Positions 28,502 to 38,814 are shown, counted from the stretch's first letter. The stretch is 56,146 nt of DNA from Firmicutes bacterium UBA5324 (GCA_002411145.1 DHRA01000025.1:1-56146); one strand, 5' to 3'. Made by a program: numbers and translations. The notes: generated by a model not told the origin, from the sequence alone.

Positions 28502-29243
28502 TATTAAGGCGGCGGTGCAAGCTTTTTATCGCCTATTAGATATAGGCGAACTAACTGCCAAAGATCCGCTATTGCCCGCTTTGCGTTGCCCGGAAATTCA
28601 AGAAGTATTGAGTATCCTGGCGGACGAGGCCGCCATGACGGTACTATATAATCTGCCTACGGCGGCATATCTGTTGCCCCGGGAACCATTCAGCATATTC
28701 AGCTATCGCAATGAAGAGCTTGTGAAGATTTTTGGCGGCACGCCAAACAACGATAAACTCTATACTTGCTACGTTATCATCATGATCTTCCTGGCTGAGT
28801 TTTACTCGTCCAACAACTATACTGCCCAGAGCCGTGACTTTATTTCCTTCCGCGACTTTTTCAGTTTAGTCAATGATACCATGGATGCCATGCTGGCCCG
28901 GCCGGAAATTGACGAAGTTTCGCAGTCGGTTAACATCCGCTTTAGCGACGGTGCTAAGTACTGGACAAGCCTGAATTCCTTTGATCCGCGAGCCAACCGA
29001 CAGGTCGGCGGACAGCGGAGCGACCAGGTCTCGTATATGGAAAAGGTCTTAGGCATTCTGCAGAATCATAAATTTATTACGGTCGACAACCTGCAACGAA
29101 AAGAACTCTCCGATAACTCGATTATTTACGTGACACCGAAACTAACCGCCTTTATGATCGGTTACTACGGTAATGAGGAGCGTAAAAAGCAGCTTCTCAA
29201 GTATATTCGTGAAGGAGTTATGCCTGATGCCATGCCTCAATAG
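28485..29243 (+). CDS. unknown 252-aa protein, candidate KITE-like (JetB/MukE-position) subunit
   Basis: ATG at 28485 is 9 nt after GAGGAGG and overlaps the upstream gene by 17 nt. Size and position parallel jetB/mukE. The C-terminal KVLGILQNHKFITVDN...IIYVTPKL looks like a winged-helix module. Confidence 0.45.
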   Translation: MYTQDDIKAAVQAFYRLLDIGELTAKDPLLPALRCPEIQEVLSILADEAAMTVLYNLPTAAYLLPREPFSIFSYRNEELVKIFGGTPNNDKLYTCYVIIMIFLAEFYSSNNYTAQSRDFISFRDFFSLVNDTMDAMLARPEIDEVSQSVNIRFSDGAKYWTSLNSFDPRANRQVGGQRSDQVSYMEKVLGILQNHKFITVDNLQRKELSDNSIIYVTPKLTAFMIGYYGNEERKKQLLKYIREGVMPDAMPQ

Positions 29244-32200
29244 GGTGCGCTACGTCAACTTCCGGTATGGACAAAACGGGTCTATGGTGATGCGGGACAA
29301 AAGCTTTGATCTGGCAGGGGAAAGTACCCTGTTTAACTTAGTGAACTCCGGCGGAAAAACATCCCTTATCCATATGATGGCGCAAGCAGTTATCCCGAAC
29401 GCCAGCTTTGATAAACGGAAACTGGATCTTTATTTTCAGGGCGAACCACACACTACCCACGTTCTTATCGAATGGGTGCTGGATGGCGACAGCGGCTATT
29501 TATTAACCGGTTTTTGTGCCAAGGGCGGACATGGGCAAGTGCAGCGATGGCTTGCCTATCAGCACCATTACTATTATGACAATCCGTTTTCGCTGGATCG
29601 CATACCGGTTATCGTTGACGATCAAGTAACTCTCTATGATAAATTCAGTAGTATTTTACGCCAGGCCAAGCAAAGCGGGACATCCTTATCTGTCTACTTC
29701 GATGATGAGAAAACCAAGTATATGAACGACCTTATCAACTACGGCATCATCGCGAAAGAATGGGAAATGCATCTGCGCATTAACATGAAAGAGACGGACG
29801 GACTCAGAGCTTATTATGGCAAGTGGAAAACCTCAAAGGAGCTAATGGAACACGAAATTATTCCCAAGATTGACGATAAAGTACAAGCTAAGCAGCCGCT
29901 AAGCGACTATCATGCCTGTCTGCAAAAGCATTACAGTCAGTTGTGCCAGGAGCCCCGTATTCGGGCCGAAATCGCCGATCTGCGTGCGTTGGAACCGATG
30001 ATTGCAAAATGGAGCAGCGCAGCTGAGCAACTGGAAATTGCAGAACAGGCACAAGCGGCGGCGGATACGGAACTGTCACGATTCCGGCTTGGAGTGACAG
30101 AACAGGCCGATGATGTGGAGGCTGGACTAACAGAAGCGCAGGAAAAAGAAACATCCCTAATCGCACGGCAGCGGCAAACTGAATTTGAGATAAAGTCGCT
30201 GGAGCTTTATAATGTTAGAGCGACAATTGCCGAAATCAATCATTTAATTAGTGTTAAAGAGACGGGGATACAGGCGGATGAGGCCGAACGAGCAGGTATT
30301 CAGACACGTCTGACAGAAGCTCTGGCCGTTGATTTGTTCCGTATCCTTGAAGACCGCGAATACGATGTCGAGAAGCTTAGAACTGAACAACATAATGCTG
30401 CTGCCGGTCAAGAGGAATTGAAGGAAAAACTCATCACTACCGGCAGTATTCTTGCTGCTTATGCCCGAGCCGCTATTGAACGGCTGGATCAGGAGATTGC
30501 CACTTACAAGCAAAAGATGCTCGCTCTTGAACAAGGCAGGCAGGATACCGAACAGGCGGTGGCTGGCGATCAGCAGCAACTACAGCAGGTATCAGCCCGT
30601 GTCGAAGTATTGAAGTATCAAATTCAGCAGTTTACGGATGGAGTCTATAAAGAGGCCGAAGACGCACTCTCGCCGCTTGAGTTTATTGACCTTGAAACTG
30701 CTCCAGACGCATTCGTTGTCAAAGCGGATAGGAATCTCAAACAGCTTGAGAAAATTAGCAAAGAGGTTAATGCCTGCTTAAGCGAGGCGCAAAGCCGCAA
30801 AGAATCCCTTTTAACACAGGTAACGGAGCTGGAAAAAACGCTGCAGCAATGGCAATTTGCCCGCGAGCGGCAGGTGGATTTCTGCAAACGCCACGAAAAA
30901 GCGGAAACTGATATCATGGCTCGTCTGATAGGGTTCGTCACAGATGCGCAGGATGTTTATAATGCGCGAGCGAAAACCAAAATGGCGGAACGCCGGCAGC
31001 ATTATGAAGCTAGGTATAAAGACTGTGAGGAGCGTTTGCGCGAGTTATGGCCCGAGCAAAAGAAACTGAGCGGTGATTTCTATGTGGCGACTGGCCATAT
31101 TACGACCCTAGTCAGCGAATTACACCGGATTGGTATTCAAGAAGCCATTGCCGGCAGCGCGTATCTACTCAACCAACCGAACGCCGACAGTTTATTGGCT
31201 TTGCACCCGGAACTGCCATATGCCGTTGTTGTCAACCGACAGTCGATCAGCAGGTTGCAGCAGCGCTCTAACGCGTTGGCGATCTCGGCGCCTACGATAC
31301 TATTAGCCCGGGAAAGTCTCGGCGATAACGTCTCTGCCGAGGCGGAAAGCTTTGTTATTACACTAGCCAAGGATATCCATGCCGTGCGCCCGGATGATTT
31401 TCGCTACTACCTTTCCCGCGAAGAATATACTACTCTCAAAACCAAGGTTCAGAATGAAGTGGATCAGATGGAGCAAGAGAAAACAGTTTGCCGCAACCAG
31501 CAAAGTCATATTTCCGGTTTGCTTGACGCTGCTAACCAGTATCTTGAAAACTTCCCGCTGGATGCCTATCTGGCAGTACAGGCTGAAGTCCGCCGGATTG
31601 AGGGTGAAATTAGTGATCTCACCGAGCAGAGCGGTATACTGAAAGGAGATATTAAACAATTAACCACGACCATTGACGAGTTGATAACCCGTGCTGCCGC
31701 TGCCGTAACCAATGTCAACGCGACGGCGGCGCTTAAGGCACTGGTTGAACGGTTTACCAGGGATCACCGTGCAAATGCTGAAACTAAACAGCAGCTCGCG
31801 ACTTGCGAAAAACAACTGGCTGAACTGCAAGGAAAATTTGATGAAGGCAAACGATGTATAGACCGTATTCATAATGAGCAGCGGCAAACTGAACGGCTCA
31901 TTTATAATACCGAACGGCTAAAAGAAGAGCCGGACGACATTTTAGAAGCCGTAATGGGATACTCCCAACCCATTAGCTGCGATACAGCAGCGGTGGACTC
32001 GAACCGCCTTAGTGCTGAGTTTCAAGGCCTCAAAACGTTGTACGAAGGAACGGTTCAGGAGGCTGATTTACTGGCTCGTAAGATTATGGAGGCGGAGCGG
32101 GCTCGCAATAAAGCCGAGCGGGAATTTACCGAGCTCGGCGTGAACCGTGAACGCTGCAAACAGCTTTATCCACAAACTGACTATGTGAAAGATCAATGGA

Positions 32201-33582
32201 GAAAGCAAATCAGCGAATTAACCGAATTAATTCGTTGTCACGAAATGGAAAAAATGCGTCTGACCGGAAAGCTCGATTCACCGCAAGAGGCGGAAACTAA
32301 ACTGCTGAAGGACATACACCGCCACTTTGGATACGAACCGCAAACCGAGTTTGATGATGGTGTGACGCTCGATTCTCTTGCCGAATTAAGCAAGCGAATT
32401 AAAGCTGCAATTGCTGAAGTGGGCAAGGTTATCGAAGAACATAAAAAGCGGCTTGATATATTGACCAACATAAAAAACAGCTTGAAAGAAGAGCAGCTGT
32501 CGCCCGTTAACGATCCCTTACCCTTTGCTTTCAGCGACGCTTTGATGCTTTCGGCTAAACTGGGGAAAGCCCGGAGCCAAGCGGCCGTGAACGTCGCCAC
32601 AGCGAGAAGTGTCGTAACGCAGGCGGTCCATGCTCTTAGCCGCTACGAACGCATTAGTGATTCGAAACCGGTTGAAGATTTGGTTCGCAAATTCGGTAGC
32701 GGTGATACCGCGTTATTTAGCGGCGAAGTCGCCCGCAAGAAAGCACAAGAGATCAGCATGATCATTGAAGATCAAGTACGGGCGCTGGAACTACAAAAGG
32801 CCAGGATCGACGAAGACCGTAATGAGATTATTGACAGTCTTCTCAAATGGACTGAATTCGCCAATGACGAGATCCACGAACTTGTGTCCTGCTCGCGCAT
32901 TAAACTACAGGATAGCCGACGCGCCCTGGTCGAGATCCGAAAGCTTGAAAAGCCGAGTGAGGAGCAAATGCGTGAACGCCTGGCACTATTCATTACCGAG
33001 ATTATCGGCAAACTTAACGATAACTACCAGGCCGACGCTGATGAAGCCAAGCTCACCGTGGCTATTGCGGGTTATCTTTCAGCATATAACATTCTAGATA
33101 AGACTGTTAATGTCAGCGCGGCAGAAGTTATGGTATGGCTCGCTGAAATCAACCCTGGTGCAAGCCGGATGATTCCATGGGAAGAGGGGCAGTCGGGTGG
33201 ACAAGGCCTGTTAACCGCCTTTGTAATGTACATAACGTTGATGACATATACCAGTAAGGAACATGGTAAGATTAATCAGACAAAGACGTTGTTTGCAGAT
33301 AATCCCTTTGGGATAGCGAATGCCGAACATCTTTTGACAGTATTGTTTGGTATTTTGCATGAAAACCGTATTCAACTGATGGCTTATACCGGTATCGAAG
33401 ACAAGAATATCTATCGCCGGTTTCCCCGCGTTTTCTTACTGCGACCGGTTGATTCGGCCAATAAGCGATACACCGTTCTTCATACCGAACAAATCAAATC
33501 CGGCAGCGGAACTATTGCCCTACAGGAGGCGGTCGCACGGCGGGTTGATCTCATGAACTATTCGCTGTTTGATGAAGAATAG
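29227..33582 (+). CDS. SMC/MukB-like ATPase with very long coiled coils (JetC/MksB-like)
   Basis: 1451 aa from the ATG at 29227, 9 nt after GAAGGAG, with a 17-nt overlap. N-terminal P-loop LVNSGGKTS (29344-29364). Two Glu/Gln/Arg/Lys/Leu-rich helical arms of roughly 500 aa each. Central non-coiled hinge-like segment (about 31100-31450: GIQEAIAGSAYLLNQPNADSLLALHPELPYAVVVN). C-terminal ABC signature QSGGQ (33190-33204) and Walker B-like TLFADNPFG (33286-33312). Confidence 0.75.
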   Translation: MPCLNRVRYVNFRYGQNGSMVMRDKSFDLAGESTLFNLVNSGGKTSLIHMMAQAVIPNASFDKRKLDLYFQGEPHTTHVLIEWVLDGDSGYLLTGFCAKGGHGQVQRWLAYQHHYYYDNPFSLDRIPVIVDDQVTLYDKFSSILRQAKQSGTSLSVYFDDEKTKYMNDLINYGIIAKEWEMHLRINMKETDGLRAYYGKWKTSKELMEHEIIPKIDDKVQAKQPLSDYHACLQKHYSQLCQEPRIRAEIADLRALEPMIAKWSSAAEQLEIAEQAQAAADTELSRFRLGVTEQADDVEAGLTEAQEKETSLIARQRQTEFEIKSLELYNVRATIAEINHLISVKETGIQADEAERAGIQTRLTEALAVDLFRILEDREYDVEKLRTEQHNAAAGQEELKEKLITTGSILAAYARAAIERLDQEIATYKQKMLALEQGRQDTEQAVAGDQQQLQQVSARVEVLKYQIQQFTDGVYKEAEDALSPLEFIDLETAPDAFVVKADRNLKQLEKISKEVNACLSEAQSRKESLLTQVTELEKTLQQWQFARERQVDFCKRHEKAETDIMARLIGFVTDAQDVYNARAKTKMAERRQHYEARYKDCEERLRELWPEQKKLSGDFYVATGHITTLVSELHRIGIQEAIAGSAYLLNQPNADSLLALHPELPYAVVVNRQSISRLQQRSNALAISAPTILLARESLGDNVSAEAESFVITLAKDIHAVRPDDFRYYLSREEYTTLKTKVQNEVDQMEQEKTVCRNQQSHISGLLDAANQYLENFPLDAYLAVQAEVRRIEGEISDLTEQSGILKGDIKQLTTTIDELITRAAAAVTNVNATAALKALVERFTRDHRANAETKQQLATCEKQLAELQGKFDEGKRCIDRIHNEQRQTERLIYNTERLKEEPDDILEAVMGYSQPISCDTAAVDSNRLSAEFQGLKTLYEGTVQEADLLARKIMEAERARNKAEREFTELGVNRERCKQLYPQTDYVKDQWRKQISELTELIRCHEMEKMRLTGKLDSPQEAETKLLKDIHRHFGYEPQTEFDDGVTLDSLAELSKRIKAAIAEVGKVIEEHKKRLDILTNIKNSLKEEQLSPVNDPLPFAFSDALMLSAKLGKARSQAAVNVATARSVVTQAVHALSRYERISDSKPVEDLVRKFGSGDTALFSGEVARKKAQEISMIIEDQVRALELQKARIDEDRNEIIDSLLKWTEFANDEIHELVSCSRIKLQDSRRALVEIRKLEKPSEEQMRERLALFITEIIGKLNDNYQADADEAKLTVAIAGYLSAYNILDKTVNVSAAEVMVWLAEINPGASRMIPWEEGQSGGQGLLTAFVMYITLMTYTSKEHGKINQTKTLFADNPFGIANAEHLLTVLFGILHENRIQLMAYTGIEDKNIYRRFPRVFLLRPVDSANKRYTVLHTEQIKSGSGTIALQEAVARRVDLMNYSLFDEE

Positions 33583-33720
33583 CAACATGGATTGCTGGTT
33601 GTCCATGTTGCGTAAAGTAAACTATAATTAGGGTGTTCTCTTCTGTTCTGTTATCAGCTGTTATTATTCCATTACCACAGTGTTCAAATCCACCCTTTTT
33701 ACAAAAAAAGGAATAATTAA

Positions 33721-33766
33721 AACCGCGAATTGTTTGGATGTATGACAGACAATTCGCGGTTTTTTG
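33721..33766 (+). terminator. rho-independent terminator of the island operon
   Basis: aaccgcgaattgt - loop - acaattcgcggtt (13-bp perfect stem) followed by TTTTT. Confidence 0.75.
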
Positions 33767-33880
33767 CTGTATATTTGGTATATTGGTATAGGCATAGATG
33801 AAAGAAGCGTTTTATTATTAATTGGCTAAGAGCGGATTTTCCCGCGGGGTATATCTTTTTTGCTAAAGCATATAATTTAA

Positions 33881-33908
33881 CCACCGGAAAAAGCCGGTGG
33901 ATTTTTTT
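33881..33908 (+). terminator. second rho-independent terminator upstream of mntP
   Basis: ccaccgg-aaaaag-ccggtgg followed by ATTTTTTT. Confidence 0.65.
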
Positions 33909-34000
33909 GGGCTATCGGCCATAATCCATACCGTACATGAATGCGGAGGCAAACTCCGCCGCTGCGGCTCGGCGCAAGTCTAATGACTAAGGAGGTTGCA

Positions 34001-34594
34001 ATGAGCATCGTAAGGTTGATCTTGCTAAGCACCGCTTTGGGGACAGATTTGTTTTCCGTTACTCTGGGTTTGGGGATGAACCGGTTTCGCCTGCGGCAGA
34101 TTCTGAAAGCCAGTGCCTGTTTTGCCCTGGCACACGTATTTTTGTTACTTACCGGCTATAACTTAGGCCACTACCTTGGTTACTTTGTGGAACATATCGG
34201 TACCCATCATAACCCCTTTACTTCGGATTCCATGCAAAACTGGGCCGGTATGCTCGGGGCTTTCGTACTGGTATTGCTGGGGATAAACATGATTTGGGGT
34301 AATATTAACGAAGATGATGAAAAAGTCTGCGTGCGGGCTGTCAACCCGCTGCGGGGATTAAGCCTTATGTTGATGGCGGTAAGTGTCAGTCTTGATGCCC
34401 TGGCCGTTGGTTTCGGGCTGGGCATGCTTGATGTGGATCTAATCCTGTTATGTGTTATTCTGGGCATAGTTATTTTTCTCATCGCCCTGACCGGCTTAAT
34501 GCTGGGTTGTAAATTAGGGGTAATGATCGGCCAACGGGCGGAACTGGTGGGTGGTCTGGTGTTGATTGTTGTGGGCCTGAATGTGTTGCTTTGA
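34001..34594 (+). CDS. mntP: manganese efflux pump MntP (YwlD)
   Basis: 197 aa from the ATG at 34001 after AAGGAGG. Two repeated halves with GTDLFSV and SLDALAVGFGLG motifs, and AELVGGLVLIVVG as in E. coli MntP. Confidence 0.85.
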   Translation: MSIVRLILLSTALGTDLFSVTLGLGMNRFRLRQILKASACFALAHVFLLLTGYNLGHYLGYFVEHIGTHHNPFTSDSMQNWAGMLGAFVLVLLGINMIWGNINEDDEKVCVRAVNPLRGLSLMLMAVSVSLDALAVGFGLGMLDVDLILLCVILGIVIFLIALTGLMLGCKLGVMIGQRAELVGGLVLIVVGLNVLL

Positions 34595-34753
34595 CTTGCT
34601 GCCGGAGGATGGAACCTCTTTGCGAGGAAAACCTTGCTCCGGGCCGTTGCCGGTCATGATTTTTCTAGGGACAAGCCTTGGCGAAAAAAAGGATTTCCAA
34701 TTTTGTGGCGAGAAATGTTATACACTGGATATACTAATAATGAGGTGAGAAAT

Positions 34754-35245
34754 GTGCTGCGTGTGCTGTTTGTATGTACCGGAAATACCTGCCGCAGTCC
34801 CATGGCGGAGGCGTTGTTCCGGCAAATGATTCAGGCAGAAATGAGAGAACAGGATATGTTGACTATCTCGGCCGGGTTATCAGTCTGGGGAGACGCTCCG
34901 GCATCCGGTCAAGCGATAGCAGTTATGCGTAAACAGGGAGTTGATTTATCGTCGCACCGCAGCCGGTCCCTGACGCCTGAACTGGTAGAGGCGGCAGATA
35001 TAATACTGACAATGACAGGTGACCATAAACGGACTTTGTTGGCTTCGGTGCCGGAAGCGAAGGGAAAAGTGTTCACGCTTGCCGAGTTTTCCGGCGAAGG
35101 GTTTGCCGATGTGGCCGACCCCTATGGTGCTACGGAAGCCGTTTACCAGCACTGTGCCGACGAGATACGCCGGTGTTTGACAAAATCATGGGAAAAAATC
35201 CTGAAATTTCACAAAGACAATGCAGGGGAAAATACGTCTGCGTAG
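34754..35245 (+). CDS. ywlE: low-molecular-weight protein phosphatase (YwlE-type arginine/tyrosine phosphatase)
   Basis: GTG at 34754 is 6 nt after GAGGTG. CX5R(S/T) loop VLFVCTGNTCRSPMAE and the DPYG Asp loop. Confidence 0.88.
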   Translation: MLRVLFVCTGNTCRSPMAEALFRQMIQAEMREQDMLTISAGLSVWGDAPASGQAIAVMRKQGVDLSSHRSRSLTPELVEAADIILTMTGDHKRTLLASVPEAKGKVFTLAEFSGEGFADVADPYGATEAVYQHCADEIRRCLTKSWEKILKFHKDNAGENTSA

Positions 35246-35288
35246 AATTGTGTAAGAATGAATTTTTGCCCCTGGGAGGTAGATATCC

Positions 35289-35729
35289 GTGCGCGTGGCA
35301 ATCGGATCTGATCATGGCGGATTTCTTTTGAAAGAAGAGATTAAATCGCTATTGACGGAAATGCAGATTGAATTCAAAGATTTTGGCGCCTATTCCGCAG
35401 ACTCCGTTGATTATCCGGATATTGCGCGGGCGTTGTCCCTGGTCGTTGCCAGTGGTGAATATGACCGGGGTATTCTTCTGTGCGGCACCGGTATTGGTAT
35501 GTCCATCGCAGCCAATAAAATAAAGAATATCCGGGCTGCTTTAGTTCATGATGTATTTTCCGCCGTGGCCACCCGTGAACATAATGACAGCAATATATTA
35601 TGTATGGGTGAACGGGTAATTGGTTTTGGCCTCGCCCGTTTAATTACAAAGACCTGGTTAACGACTGAGTTTTCGGGAGGACGTCATGCCCGCCGCATTG
35701 CCAAACTCGAGCAGTCGGAGGGTTGTTGA
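35289..35729 (+). CDS. rpiB: ribose-5-phosphate isomerase B
   Basis: 146 aa with a GTG start after GGGAGG. IAIGSDHGG, LLCGTGIGMSIAANK and GERV motifs. Confidence 0.93.
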   Translation: MRVAIGSDHGGFLLKEEIKSLLTEMQIEFKDFGAYSADSVDYPDIARALSLVVASGEYDRGILLCGTGIGMSIAANKIKNIRAALVHDVFSAVATREHNDSNILCMGERVIGFGLARLITKTWLTTEFSGGRHARRIAKLEQSEGC

Positions 35730-36278
35730 ATGAAAAATTGGCAGTCCATCTCCGATGAAACGGCATGTGCTTTAGCGGAATTGCAGGCGGCAGCCGGGCT
35801 GTGCCGCGGGCAGATATTGGTCGTTGGCTGCAGCACCAGTGAAGTTGGCGGACAGCACATCGGTACCGCCGGTTCAGCGGAGGCAGCGCGGGCTATCATG
35901 CGTTCGCTCCTGCAGTTCGCGGAGGATACAGGTGTCAGACTGGCCATTCAGTGCTGTGAACATTTGAATCGCGCCTTGGTGGTGGAGGAAGAAACGGCGG
36001 CCCTCTATGGGCTGGAGATTGTAAGTGTCATACCTGTTAGTGGTGCCGGCGGGGCCTTGGCGGCCCAGGCCATGCAAGACATGCAAAAGGCGGTCGTTGT
36101 TGAGAGGATTCGCGCCCATGCCGGGCTCGATATCGGAGAGACATTGATCGGCATGCATTTAAGAACTGTGGCCGTACCGTTGCGCCTGTCGCGACGCAGT
36201 ATCGGTCAGGCCAGAATTTCGGCGGCAAAAACCCGCCCCAAATTAATCGGCGGCCCTCGTGCCGTATACGAAAAATAA
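35730..36278 (+). CDS. YwlG/UPF0340 (TIGR01440-type) protein
   Basis: 182 aa. GQILVVGCSTSEVGGQHIGTAGS is the family hallmark. The synteny rpiB-ywlG-glyA also fits. Confidence 0.78.
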   Translation: MKNWQSISDETACALAELQAAAGLCRGQILVVGCSTSEVGGQHIGTAGSAEAARAIMRSLLQFAEDTGVRLAIQCCEHLNRALVVEEETAALYGLEIVSVIPVSGAGGALAAQAMQDMQKAVVVERIRAHAGLDIGETLIGMHLRTVAVPLRLSRRSIGQARISAAKTRPKLIGGPRAVYEK

Positions 36279-36286
36279 TAAATGAC

Positions 36287-36441
36287 GGGAATAGGGAATA
36301 GGGAAACAGGGAATAGCCAAAAGGAATAGGGAATGGGGAATAGGGAGTGGGGTATACCGGGAAAGGTATGAAATCCCATACGCTACACCTTATTTCCCGT
36401 TCTTTGCGTACTACTCCCGTGCACCTGTTCGCTGCTCCCTA
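36287..36441. repeat. family A repeat, multi-unit copy
   Basis: gggaatagggaatagggaaacagggaatagccaaaaggaatagggaatggggaatagggagtgggg, followed by a degenerate pyrimidine-rich arm (ccttatttcccgttc...ctactcccgt...gctccctat). Confidence 0.55.
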
Positions 36442-36461
36442 TGATCAAGGAGAGATGCAGT

Positions 36462-38810
<2,349 letters not shown>

Positions 38811-38814
<4 letters not shown>

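Larger units (their letters stand above)
24700..33940 (+). other. AT-richer accessory (defence) island inserted between tsaC and mntP
   Basis: It interrupts the conserved ywlC-ywlD adjacency. Hand-counted 60-nt lines give 33-52 percent GC inside (26461: 21/60; 28201: 20/60; 31741: 31/60) and 55-73 percent outside (23101: 44/60; 35401: 33/60). It carries a TA pair plus the SMC/Toprim operon and no recombinase. Confidence 0.6.

Noticed and set aside
29173-29226. Longer N-terminus of the SMC-like protein (similarly 28443 for gene 3, 25887 for gene 1, 25126 for HEPN)
   Set aside because: The upstream in-frame starts lack RBSs and lie inside the preceding gene or promoter. Downstream starts have GGAGG at 8-9 nt and give sensible N-termini. 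This remains uncertain without homologue alignment.
33767-34000. yybP-ykoY Mn riboswitch upstream of mntP
   Set aside because: It is expected from known mntP regulation, but I cannot find the conserved GGGGAGUAG/four-way-junction core by eye. A covariance-model scan is needed before calling it.
36287-36352. Possible CRISPR array from reiterated GGGAATAGGGAAT units (also 19971-20020)
   Set aside because: The units are 6-13 nt, degenerate and contiguous, with no regular repeat-spacer periodicity. They are one arm of a hairpin whose complementary arm lies downstream. There are no cas genes.
36279-36461. Riboswitch (ZTP/pfl or glycine type) upstream of glyA
   Set aside because: The spacer is fully explained by the family A repeat, and no CCGCCUGGGC-type ZTP core or glycine aptamer signature is visible.
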